From: Auanema rhodensis
Lineage: Eukaryota; Animalia; Nematoda
DNA length: 64,000 nt
Assembly: GCA_964057225.1 (NCBI GenBank)
Contig: OZ059896.1
Span: 22,568,001 to 22,632,000, forward strand
Direction of reading: 5' to 3'
Shown here: in pieces, positions 12,636 to 26,300 of the stretch
How the letters are laid out: every line of letters starts with the position of its first letter
Position numbering within the stretch: position 1 is the first letter of the stretch
The notes under the pieces: model-generated
The model's database searches: none
The model's input: the letters and a program-made list of their open reading frames with translations, nothing else
What the model was told of the DNA's origin: nothing
Position numbers and translations under genes: made by a program

Positions 12636-15600
12636 TTTGCTAAATTATTTTGAAATTTTTCGAAAAAATTTTTGTCAAAATGTTTTTGGAAGTAATGTTG
12701 AGTGTACATGGAAACTCAACATACACTAATGCATCATTTTTCAAACGATCATAACTAATTTCTGTATTAAGCGTTTCTCAATGTAGTATAGTGCATTCGA
12801 TGCGGATGTTTAAGCTGCGTCGATCTGTGTTATCAGATTTGCGCTAGCTTAAAAATGCACCGAGATATCAACTGATATAAGTTCACACTTATATCCTCGA
12901 TTTTCACCCTGAAGAATTAATTTTTTCGTTGAATAACATTGTCCATCGTCTTTGCCTTAAAAAAAGGAATCTAAAAACATCTACTTTTTGCTAAATTATT
13001 CTGAAATTTTTCGAAAAAATTTTTGTCAAAATGTTTTTGGAAGCAATGTTGAGTGTACATGGAAACTCAACATACACTAATGCATCATTTTTCAAACGAT
13101 CATAACTAATTTTTGTATTAAGCGTTTCTCAATGTAGTATAGTGCATTCGATGCGGATTTTTAAGCTGCGTCGATCTGTGTTATCAGATTTGCGCTAGCT
13201 TAAAAATGCACCGAGATATCAACTGATATAAGTTCACACTTATAGCCTCGATTTTCACCCTGAAGAATTAATTTTTTCGTTGAATAACATTGTCCATCGT
13301 CTTTGCTTTGAAAAAAGGAATCTAAAAACATCTACTTTTTGCTAAATTATTTTGAAATTTTTCGAAAAAATTTTTGTCAAAATGTTTTTGGAAGCAATGT
13401 TGAGTGTTTATGGAAACTCAACATACACTAATGCATCATTTTTCAAACGATCATAACTAATTTCTGTATTAAGCGTTTCTCAATGTAGTATAGTGCATTC
13501 GATGCGGATTTTTAAGCTGCGTCGATCTGTGTTATCAGATTTGCGCTAGCTTAAAAATGCACCGAGATATCAACTGATATAAGTTCACACTTATATCCTC
13601 GATTTTCACCCTGAAGAATTAATTTTTTCGTTGAATAACATTGTCCATCGTCTTTGCCTTGAAAAAAAGAATCTAAAAACATCTACTTTTTGCTAAATTA
13701 TTTTGAAATTTTTCGAAAAAATTTTTGTCAAAATGTTTTTGGAAGTAATGTTGAGTGTACATGGAAACTCAACATACACTAATGCATCATTTTTCAAACG
13801 ATCATAACTAATTTCTGTATTAAGCGTTTCTCAATGTAGTATAGTGCATTCGATGCGGATTTTTAAGCTGCGTCGATCTGTGTTATCAGATTTGCGCTAG
13901 CTTAAAAATGCACCGAGATATCAACTGATATAAGTTCACACTTATATCCTCGATTTTCACCCTGAAGAATTAATTTTTTCGTTGAATAACATTGTCCATC
14001 GTCTTTGCCTTAAAAAAAGGAATCTAAAAACATCTACTTTTTGCTAAATTATTCTGAAATTTTTCGAAAAAATTTTTGTCAAAATGTTTTTGGAAGCAAT
14101 GTTGAGTGTACATGGAAACTCAACATACACTAATGCATCATTTTTCAAACGATCATAACTAATTTTTGTATTAAGCGTTTCTCAATGTAGTATAGTGCAT
14201 TCGATGCGGATTTTTAAGCTGCGTCGATCTGTGTTATCAGATTTGCGCTAGCTTAAAAATGCACCGAGATATCAACTGATATAAGTTCACACTTATAGCC
14301 TCGATTTTCACCCTGAAGAATTAATTTTTTCGTTGAATAACATTGTCCATCGTCTTTGCTTTGAAAAAAGGAATCTAAAAACATCTACTTTTTGCTAAAT
14401 TATTTTGAAATTTTTCGAAAAAATTTTTGTCAAAATGTTTTTGGAAGCAATGTTGAGTGTACATGGAAACTCAACATACACTAATGCATCATTTTTCAAA
14501 CGATCATAACTAATTTCTGTATTAAGCGTTTCTCAATGTAGTATAGTGCATTCGATGCGGATTTTTAAGCTGCGTCGATCTGTGTTATCAGATTTGCGCT
14601 AGCTTAAAAATGCACCGAGATATCAACTGATATAAGTTCACACTTATATCCTCGATTTTCACCCTGAAGAATTAATTTTTTCGTTGAATAACATTGTCCA
14701 TCGTCTTTGCCTTGAAAAAAGGAATCTAAAAACATCTACTTTTTGCTAAATTATTTTGAAATTTTTCGAAAAAATTTTTGTCAAAATGTTTTTGGAAGTA
14801 ATGTTGAGTGTACATGGAAACTCAACATACACTAATGCATCATTTTTCAAACGATCATAACTAATTTTTGTATTAAGCGTTTCTCAATGTAGTATAGTGC
14901 ATTCGATGCGGATTTTTAAGCTGCGTCGATCTGTGTTATCAGATTTGCGCTAGCTTAAAAATGCACCGAGATATCAACTGATATAAGTTCACACTTATAT
15001 CCTCGATTTTCACCCTGAAGAATTAATTTTTTCGTTGAATAACATTGTCCATCGTCTTTGCCTTAAAAAAAGGAATCTAAAAACATCTACTTTTTGCTAA
15101 ATTATTCTGAAATTTTTCGAAAAAATTTTTGTCAAAATGTTTTTGGAAGCAATGTTGAGTGTACATGGAAACTCAACATACACTAATGCATCATTTTTCA
15201 AACGATCATAACTAATTTTTGTATTAAGCGTTTCTCAATGTAGTATAGTGCATTCGATGCGGATTTTTAAGCTGCGTCGATCTGTGTTATCAGATTTGCG
15301 CTAGCTTAAAAATGCACCGAGATATCAACTGATATAAGTTCACACTTATAGCCTCGATTTTCACCCTGAAGAATTAATTTTTTCGTTGAATAACATTGTC
15401 CATCGTCTTTGCTTTGAAAAAAGGAATCTAAAAACATCTACTTTTTGCTAAATTATTTTGAAATTTTTCGAAAAAATTTTTGTCAAAATGTTTTTGGAAG
15501 CAATGTTGAGTGTTTATGGAAACTCAACATACACTAATGCATCATTTTTCAAACGATCATAACTAATTTCTGTATTAAGCGTTTCTCAATGTAGTATAGT

Positions 15601-17900
15601 GCATTCGATGCGGATTTTTAAGCTGCGTCGATCTGTGTTATCAGATTTGCGCTAGCTTAAAAATGCACCGAGATATCAACTGATATAAGTTCACACTTAT
15701 ATCCTCGATTTTCACCCTGAAGAATTAATTTTTTCGTTGAATAACATTGTCCATCGTCTTTGCCTTGAAAAAAAGAATCTAAAAACATCTACTTTTTGCT
15801 AAATTATTTTGAAATTTTTCGAAAAAATTTTTGTCAAAATGTTTTTGGAAGTAATGTTGAGTGTACATGGAAACTCAACATACACTAATGCATCATTTTT
15901 CAAACGATCATAACTAATTTCTGTATTAAGCGTTTCTCAATGTAGTATAGTGCATTCGATGCGGATTTTTAAGCTGCGTCGATCTGTGTTATCAGATTTG
16001 CGCTAGCTTAAAAATGCACCGAGATATCAACTGATATAAGTTCACACTTATATCCTCGATTTTCACCCTGAAGAATTAATTTTTTCGTTGAATAACATTG
16101 TCCATCGTCTTTGCCTTAAAAAAAGGAATCTAAAAACATCTACTTTTTGCTAAATTATTCTGAAATTTTTCGAAAAAATTTTTGTCAAAATGTTTTTGGA
16201 AGCAATGTTGAGTGTACATGGAAACTCAACATACACTAATGCATCATTTTTCAAACGATCATAACTAATTTTTGTATTAAGCGTTTCTCAATGTAGTATA
16301 GTGCATTCGATGCGGATTTTTAAGCTGCGTCGATCTGTGTTATCAGATTTGCGCTAGCTTAAAAATGCACCGAGATATCAACTGATATAAGTTCACACTT
16401 ATAGCCTCGATTTTCACCCTGAAGAATTAATTTTTTCGTTGAATAACATTGTCCATCGTCTTTGCTTTGAAAAAAGGAATCTAAAAACATCTACTTTTTG
16501 CTAAATTATTTTGAAATTTTTCGAAAAAATTTTTGTCAAAATGTTTTTGGAAGCAATGTTGAGTGTACATGGAAACTCAACATACACTAATGCATCATTT
16601 TTCAAACGATCATAACTAATTTCTGTATTAAGCGTTTCTCAATGTAGTATAGTGCATTCGATGCGGATTTTTAAGCTGCGTCGATCTGTGTTATCAGATT
16701 TGCGCTAGCTTAAAAATGCACCGAGATATCAACTGATATAAGTTCACACTTATATCCTCGATTTTCACCCTGAAGAATTAATTTTTTCGTTGAATAACAT
16801 TGTCCATCGTCTTTGCCTTGAAAAAAGGAATCTAAAAACATCTACTTTTTGCTAAATTATTTTGAAATTTTTCGAAAAAATTTTTGTCAAAATGTTTTTG
16901 GAAGTAATGTTGAGTGTACATGGAAACTCAACATACACTAATGCATCATTTTTCAAACGATCATAACTAATTTTTGTATTAAGCGTTTCTCAATGTAGTA
17001 TAGTGCATTCGATGCGGATTTTTAAGCTGCGTCGATCTGTGTTATCAGATTTGCGCTAGCTTAAAAATGCACCGAGATATCAACTGATATAAGTTCACAC
17101 TTATATCCTCGATTTTCACCCTGAAGAATTAATTTTTTCGTTGAATAACATTGTCCATCGTCTTTGCCTTAAAAAAAGGAATCTAAAAACATCTACTTTT
17201 TGCTAAATTATTCTGAAATTTTTCGAAAAAATTTTTGTCAAAATGTTTTTGGAAGCAATGTTGAGTGTACATGGAAACTCAACATACACTAATGCATCAT
17301 TTTTCAAACGATCATAACTAATTTTTGTATTAAGCGTTTCTCAATGTAGTATAGTGCATTCGATGCGGATTTTTAAGCTGCGTCGATCTGTGTTATCAGA
17401 TTTGCGCTAGCTTAAAAATGCACCGAGATATCAACTGATATAAGTTCACACTTATAGCCTCGATTTTCACCCTGAAGAATTAATTTTTTCGTTGAATAAC
17501 ATTGTCCATCGTCTTTGCTTTGAAAAAAGGAATCTAAAAACATCTACTTTTTGCTAAATTATTTTGAAATTTTTCGAAAAAATTTTTGTCAAAATGTTTT
17601 TGGAAGCAATGTTGAGTGTACATGGAAACTCAACATACACTAATGCATCATTTTTCAAACGATCATAACTAATTTCTGTATTAAGCGTTTCTCAATGTAG
17701 TATAGTGCATTCGATGCGGATTTTTAAGCTGCGTCGATCTGTGTTATCAGATTTGCGCTAGCTTAAAAATGCACCGAGATATCAACTGATATATGTTCAC
17801 ACTTATATCCTCGATTTTCACCCTGAAGAATTAATTTTTTCGTTGAATAACATTGTCCATCGTCTTTGCCTTGAAAAAAGGAATCTAAAAACATCTACTT
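12636..17900. repeat. 3-monomer higher-order repeat (1053 bp x5) with a superimposed 6-mer duplication
   Basis: The tattctg C lies at 13001, 14054, 15107, 16160 and 17213. The rare gaaaaaaaga variant lies at 13668 and 15774 (2106 apart). Confidence 0.85.
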
Positions 17901-20357
17901 TTTGCTAAATTATTTTGAAATTTTTCGAAAAAATTTTTGTCAAAATGTTTTTGGAAGTAATGTTGAGTGTACATGGAAACTCAACATACACTAATGCATC
18001 ATTTTTCAAACGATCATAACTAATTTTTGTATTAAGCGTTTCTCAATGTAGTATAGTGCATTCGATGCGGATTTTTAAGCTGCGTCGATCTGTGTTATCA
18101 GATTTGCGCTAGCTTAAAAATGCACCGAGATATCAACTGATATAAGTTCACACTTATATCCTCGATTTTCACCCTGAAGAATTAATTTTTTCGTTGAATA
18201 ACATTGTCCATCGTCTTTGCCTTGAAAAAAGGAATCTAAAAACATCTACTTTTTGCTAAATTATTTTGAAATTTTTCGAAAAAATTTTTGTCAAAATGTT
18301 TTTGGAAGTAATGTTGAGTGTACATGGAAACTCAACATACACTAATGCATCATTTTTCAAACGATCATAACTAATTTTTGTATTAAGCGTTTCTCAATGT
18401 AGTATAGTGCATTCGATGCGGATTTTTAAGCTGCGTCGATCTGTGTTATCAGATTTGCGCTAGCTTAAAAATGCACCGAGATATCAACTGATATAAGTTC
18501 ACACTTATAGCCTCGATTTTCACCCTGAAGAATTAATTTTTTCGTTGAATAACATTGTCCATCGTCTTTGCTTTGAAAAAAGGAATCTAAAAACATCTAC
18601 TTTTTGCTAAATTATTTTGAAATTTTTCGAAAAAATTTTTGTCAAAATGTTTTTGGAAGCAATGTTGAGTGTACATGGAAACTCAACATACACTAATGCA
18701 TCATTTTTCAAACGATCATAACTAATTTCTGTATTAAGCGTTTTTCAATGTAGTATAGTGCATTCGATGCGGATTTTTAAGCTGCGTCGATCTGTGTTAT
18801 CAGATTTGCGCTAGCTTGAAAATGCACCGAGATATCAACTGATATAAGTTCACACTTATAGCCTCGATTTTCACCCTGAAGAATTAATTTTTTCGTTGAA
18901 TAACATTGTCCATCGTCTTTGCTTTGAAAAAAGGAATCTAAAAACATCTACTTTTTGCTAAATTATTTTGAAATTTTTCGAAAAAATTTTTGTCAAAATG
19001 TTTTTGGAAGCAATGTTGAGTGTTTATGGAAACTCAACATACACTAATGCATCATTTTTCAAACGATCATAACTAATTTCTGTATTAAGCGTTTCTCAAT
19101 GTAGTATAGTGCATTCGATGCGGATTTTTAAGCTGCGTCGATCTGTGTTATCAGATTTGCGCTAGCTTAAAAATGCACCGAGATATCAACTGATATAAGT
19201 TCACACTTATATCCTCGATTTTCACCCTGAAGAATTAATTTTTTCGTTGAATAACATTGTCCATCGTCTTTGCTTTGAAAAAAGGAATCTAAAAACATCT
19301 ACTTTTTGCTAAATTATTTTGAAATTTTTCGAAAAAATTTTTGTCAAAATGTTTTTGGAAGCAATGTTGAGTGTACATGGAAACTCAACATACACTAATG
19401 CATCATTTTTCAAACGATCATAACTAATTTCTGTATTAAGCGTTTCTCAATGTAGTATAGTGCATTCGATGCGGATTTTTAAGCTGCGTCGATCTGTGTT
19501 ATCAGATTTGCGCTAGCTTAAAAATGCACCGAGATATCAACTGATATAAGTTCACACTTATATCCTCGATTTTCACCCTGAAGAATTAATTTTTTCGTTG
19601 AATAACATTGTCCATCGTCTTTGCCTTGAAAAAAGGAATCTAAAAACATCTACTTTTTGCTAAATTATTTTGAAATTTTTCGAAAAAATTTTTGTCAAAA
19701 TGTTTTTGGAAGTAATGTTGAGTGTACATGGAAACTCAACATACACTAATGCATCATTTTTCAAACGATCATAACTAATTTCTGTATTAAGCGTTTCTCA
19801 ATGTAGTATAGTGCATTCGATGCGGATTTTTAAGCTGCGTCGATCTGTGTTATCAGATTTGCGCTAGCTTAAAAATGCACCGAGATATCAACTGATATAA
19901 GTTCACACTTATATCCTCGATTTTCACCCTGAAGAATTAATTTTTTCGTAGAATAACATTGTCCATCGTCTTTGCCTTGAAAAAAGGAATCTAAAAACAT
20001 CTACTTTTTGCTAAATTATTTTGAAATTTTTCGAAAAAATTTTTGTCAAAATGTTTTTGGAAGCAATGTTGAGTGTACATGGAAACTCAACATACACTAA
20101 TGCATCATTTTTCAAACGATCATAACTAATTTTTTCATTAAGCGTTTCTCAATGTAGTATAGTGCATTCGATGCGGATTTTTAAGCTGCGTCGATCTGTG
20201 TTATCAGATTTGCGCTAGCTTAAAAATGCACCGAGATATCAACTGATATAAGTTCACACTTATATCCTCAATTTTCACCCTGAAGAATTAATTTTTTCGT
20301 AGAATAACATTGTCCATCGTCTTTGCCTTGAAAAAAGGAATCTAAAAACATCTACTT

Positions 20358-23300
20358 TTTGCTAAATTATTTTGAAATTTTTCGAAAAAATTTTTGTCAA
20401 AATGTTTTTGGAAGCAATGTTGAGTGTACATGGAAACTCAACATACACTAATGCATCATGTTTCAAACGATCATAACTAATTTTTGTATTAAGCGTTTCT
20501 CAATGTAGTATAGTGCATTCGATGCGGATTTTTAAGCTGCGTCGATCTGTGTTATCAGATTTACGCTAGCTTAAAAATGCACCGAGATATCAACTGATAT
20601 AAGTTTACACTTATAGCCTCGATTTTCACCCTGAAGAATTGATTTTTTCGTTGAATAACATTGTCCATCGTTTTTGCCTTGAAAAAAGAAATCCAAAAAC
20701 ATCTACTTTTTGCTAAATTATTTTGAAATTTTTCGAAAAAATTTTTGTCAAAATGTTTTTGGAAGCAATGTTGATTGTACATGGAAACTCAACATACACT
20801 AATGCATCATTTTTCAAACGATCATAACTAATTTTTTCATTAAGCGTTTCTCAATGTAGTATAGTGCATTCGATGCGGATTTTTAAGCTGCGTCGATCTG
20901 TGTTATCAGATTTGCGCTAGCTTAAAAATGCACCGAGATATCAACTGATATAAGTTCACACTTATATCCTCAATTTTCACCCTGAAGAATTAATTTTTTC
21001 GTAGAATAACATTGTCCATCGTCTTTGCCTTGAAAAAAGGAATCTAAAAACATCTACTTTTTGCTAAATTATTTTGAAATTTTTCGAAAAAATTTTTGTC
21101 AAAATGTTTTTGGAAGCAATGTTGAGTGTACATGGAAACTCAACATACACTAATGCATCATGTTTCAAACGATCATAACTAATTTTTGTATTAAGCGTTT
21201 CTCAATGTAGTATAGTGCATTCGATGCGGATTTTTAAGCTGCGTCGATCTGTGTTATCAGATTTGCGCTAGCTTGAAAATGCACCGAGATATCAACTGAT
21301 ATAAGTTCACACTTATATCCTCGATTTTCACCCTGGAGAATTAATTTTTTCGTTGAATAACATTGTCCATCGTCTTTGCCTTGAAAAAAGGAATCTAAAA
21401 ACATCTACTTTTTGCTAAATTATTTTGAAATTTTTCGAAAAAATTTTTGTCAAAATGTTTTTGGAAGCAATGTTGAGTGTACATGGAAACTCAACATACA
21501 CTAATGCATCATTTTTCAAACGATCATAACTAATTTTTTCATTAAGCGTTTCTCAATGTAGTATAGTGCATTCGATGCGGATTTTTAAGCTGCGTCGATC
21601 TGTGTTATCAGATTTGCGCTAGCTTAAAAATGCACTGAGATATCAACTGATATAAGTTCACACTTATATCCTCAATTTTCACCCTGAAGAATTAATTTTT
21701 TCGTAGAATAACATTGTCCATCGTCTTTGCCTTGAAAAAAGGAATCTAAAAACATCTACTTTTTGCTAAATTATTTTGAAATTTTTTGAAAAAAGTTTTG
21801 TCAAAATGTTTTTGGAAGCAATGTTGAGTGTACATGGAAACTCAACATACACTAATGCATCATTTTTCAAACGATCATAACTAATTTTTTCATTAAGCGT
21901 TTCTCAATGTAGTATAGTGCATTCGATGCGGATTTTTAAGCTGCGTCGATCTGTGTTATCAGATTTGCGCTAGCTTAAAAATGCACCGAGATATCAACTG
22001 ATATAAGTTCACACTTATATCCTCAATTTTCACCCTGAAGAATTAATTTTTTCGTAGAATAACATTGTCCATCGTCTTTGCCTTGAAAAAAGGAATCTAA
22101 AAACATCTACTTTTTGCTAAATTATTTTGAAATTTTTCGAAAAAAGTTTTGTCAAAATGTTTTTGGAAGCAATGTTGAGTGTACATGGAAACTCAACATA
22201 CACTAATGCATCATTTTTCAAACGATCATAACTAATTTTTTCATTAAGCGTTTCTCAATGTAGTATAGTGCATTCGATGCGGATTTTTAAGCTGCGTCGA
22301 TCTGTGTTATCAGATTTGCGCTAGCTTAAAAATGCACCGAGATATCAACTGATATAAGTTCACACTTATATCCTCAATTTTCACCCTGAAGAATTAATTT
22401 TTTCGTAGAATAACATTGTCCATCGTCTTTGCCTTGAAAAAAGGAATCTAAAAACATCTACTTTTTGCTAAATTATTTTGAAATTTTTCGAAAAAATTTT
22501 TGTCAAAATGTTTTTGGAAGCAATGTTGAGTGTACATGGAAACTCAACATACACTAATGCATCATGTTTCAAACGATCATAACTAATTTTTGTATTAAGC
22601 GTTTCTCAATGTAGTATAGTGCATTCGATGCGGATTTTTAAGCTGCGTCGATCTGTGTTATCAGATTTACGCTAGCTTAAAAATGCACCGAGATATCAAC
22701 TGATATAAGTTCACACTTATAGCCTCGATTTTCACCCTGAAGAATTGATTTTTTCGTTGAATAACATTGTCAATCGTTTTTGCCTTGAAAAAAGAAATCC
22801 AAAAACATCTACTTTTTGCTAAATTATTTTGAAATTTTTCGAAAAAATTTTTGTCAAAATGTTTTTGGAAGCAATGTTGATTGTACATGGAAACTCAACA
22901 TACACTAATGCATCATTTTTCAAACGATCATAACTAATTTTTTCATTAAGCGTTTCTCAATGTAGTATAGTGCATTCGATGCGGATTTTTAAGCTGCGTC
23001 GATCTGTGTTATCAGATTTGCGCTAGCTTAAAAATGCACCGAGATATCAACTGATATAAGTGCACACTTATATCCTCAATTTTCACCCTGAAGAATTAAT
23101 TTTTTCGTAGAATAACATTGTCCATCGTCTTTGCCTTGAAAAAAGAAATCTAAAAACATCTACTTTTTGCTAAATTATCTTGGAATTTTTCGAAAAAATT
23201 TTTGTCAAAATGTTTTTGGAAGCAATGTTGAGTGTACATGGAAACTCAACATACACTAATGCATCATTTTTCAAACGATCATAACTAATTTCTGTATTAA

Positions 23301-26300
23301 GCGTTTCTCAATGTAGTATAGTGCATTCGATGCGGATTTTTAAGCTGCGTCGATCTGTGTTATCAGATTTGCGCTAGCTTGAAAATGCACCGAGATATCA
23401 ACTGATATAAGTTCACACTTATATCCTCGATTTTCACCCTGGAGAATTAATTTTTTCGTTGAATAACATTGTCCATCGTCTTTGCCTTGAAAAAAGGAAT
23501 CTAAAAACATCTACTTTTTGCTAAATTATTTTGAAATTTTTCGAAAAAATTTTTGTCAAAATGTTTTTGGAAGCAATGTTGAGTGTACATGGAAACTCAA
23601 CATACACTAATGCATCATTTTTCAAACGATCATAACTAATTTTTTCATTAAGCGTTTCTCAATGTAGTATAGTGCATTCGATGCGGATTTTTAAGCTGCG
23701 TCGATCTGTGTTATCAGATTTGCGCTAGCTTAAAAATGCACTGAGATATCAACTGATATAAGTTCACACTTATATCCTCAATTTTCACCCTGAAGAATTA
23801 ATTTTTTCGTAGAATAACATTGTCCATCGTCTTTGCCTTGAAAAAAGGAATCTAAAAACATCTACTTTTTGCTAAATTATTTTGAAATTTTTTGAAAAAA
23901 GTTTTGTCAAAATGTTTTTGGAAGCAATGTTGAGTGTACATGGAAACTCAACATACACTAATGCATCATTTTTCAAACGATCATAACTAATTTTTTCATT
24001 AAGCGTTTCTCAATGTAGTATAGTGCATTCGATGCGGATTTTTAAGCTGCGTCGATCTGTGTTATCAGATTTGCGCTAGCTTAAAAATGCACCGAGATAT
24101 CAACTGATATAAGTTCACACTTATATCCTCAATTTTCACCCTGAAGAATTAATTTTTTCGTAGAATAACATTGTCCATCGTCTTTGCCTTGAAAAAAGGA
24201 ATCTAAAAACATCTACTTTTTGCTAAATTATTTTGAAATTTTTCGAAAAAAGTTTTGTCAAAATGTTTTTGGAAGCAATGTTGAGTGTACATGGAAACTC
24301 AACATACACTAATGCATCATTTTTCAAACGATCATAACTAATTTTTTCATTAAGCGTTTCTCAATGTAGTATAGTGCATTCGATGCGGATTTTTAAGCTG
24401 CGTCGATCTGTGTTATCAGATTTGCGCTAGCTTAAAAATGCACCGAGATATCAACTGATATAAGTTCACACTTATATCCTCAATTTTCACCCTGAAGAAT
24501 TAATTTTTTCGTAGAATAACATTGTCCATCGTCTTTGCCTTGAAAAAAGGAATCTAAAAACATCTACTTTTTGCTAAATTATTTTGAAATTTTTCGAAAA
24601 AATTTTTGTCAAAATGTTTTTGGAAGCAATGTTGAGTGTACATGGAAACTCAACATACACTAATGCATCATGTTTCAAACGATCATAACTAATTTTTGTA
24701 TTAAGCGTTTCTCAATGTAGTATAGTGCATTCGATGCGGATTTTTAAGCTGCGTCGATCTGTGTTATCAGATTTACGCTAGCTTAAAAATGCACCGAGAT
24801 ATCAACTGATATAAGTTCACACTTATAGCCTCGATTTTCACCCTGAAGAATTGATTTTTTCGTTGAATAACATTGTCAATCGTTTTTGCCTTGAAAAAAG
24901 AAATCCAAAAACATCTACTTTTTGCTAAATTATTTTGAAATTTTTCGAAAAAATTTTTGTCAAAATGTTTTTGGAAGCAATGTTGATTGTACATGGAAAC
25001 TCAACATACACTAATGCATCATTTTTCAAACGATCATAACTAATTTTTTCATTAAGCGTTTCTCAATGTAGTATAGTGCATTCGATGCGGATTTTTAAGC
25101 TGCGTCGATCTGTGTTATCAGATTTGCGCTAGCTTAAAAATGCACCGAGATATCAACTGATATAAGTGCACACTTATATCCTCAATTTTCACCCTGAAGA
25201 ATTAATTTTTTCGTAGAATAACATTGTCCATCGTCTTTGCCTTGAAAAAAGGAATCTAAAAACATCTACTTTTTGCTAAATTATCTTGAAATTTTTCGAA
25301 AAAATTTTTGTCAAAATGTTTTTGGAAGCAATGTTGAGTGTACATGGAAACTCAACATACACTAATGCATCATTTTTCAAACGATCATAACTAATTTCTG
25401 TATTAAGCGTTTCTCAATGTAGTATAGTGCATTCGATGCGGATTTTTAAGCTGCGTCGATCTGTGTTATCAGATTTGCGCTATCTTAAAAATGCACCGAG
25501 ATATCAATTGATATAAGTTCACACTTATATCCTCGATTTTCACCCTGAAGAATTAATTTTTTCGTTGAATAACTTTGTCCATCGTCTTTGCTTTGAAAAA
25601 AGGAATCTAAAAACATCTACTTTTTGCTAAATTATTTTGAAATTTTTCGAAAAAATTTTTGTCAAAATGTTTTTGGAAGCAATGTTGAGTGTACATGGAA
25701 ACTCAACATACACTAATGCATCATTTTTCAAACGATCATAACTAATTTCTGTATTAAGCGTTTCTCAATGTAGTATAGTGCATTCGATGCGGATTTTTGA
25801 GCTGCGTCGATCTGTGTTATCAGATTTGCGCTAGCTTAAAAATGCACCGAGATATCAACTGATATAAGTTCACACTTATATCCTCGATTTTCACCCTGAA
25901 GAATTAATTTTTTCGTTGAATAACATTGTCCATCGTCTTTGCCTTAAAAAAAAGGAATCTAAAAACATCTACTTTTTGCTAAATTATTCTGAAATTTTTC
26001 GAAAAAATTTTTGTCAAAATGTTTTTGGAAGCAATGTTGAGTGTACATGGAAACTCAACATACACTAATGCATCATGTTTCAAACGATCATAACTAATTT
26101 TTGTATTAAGCGTTTCTCAATGTAGTATAGTGCATTCGATGCGGATTTTTAAGCTGCGTCGATCTGTGTTATCAGATTTACGCTAGCTTAAAAATGCACC
26201 GAGATATCAACTGATATAAGTTCACACTTATATCCTCAATTTTCACCCTGAAGAATTAATTTTTTCGTAGAATAACATTGTCCATCGTCTTTGCCTTAAA

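Larger units (their letters stand above)
2459..19949. repeat. Subfamily domain B, first block
   Basis: Carries gtgtttatgg, gaagtaat, and ttatagcc together with gctttg. Lacks ttttcatt and X monomers. Confidence 0.75.
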
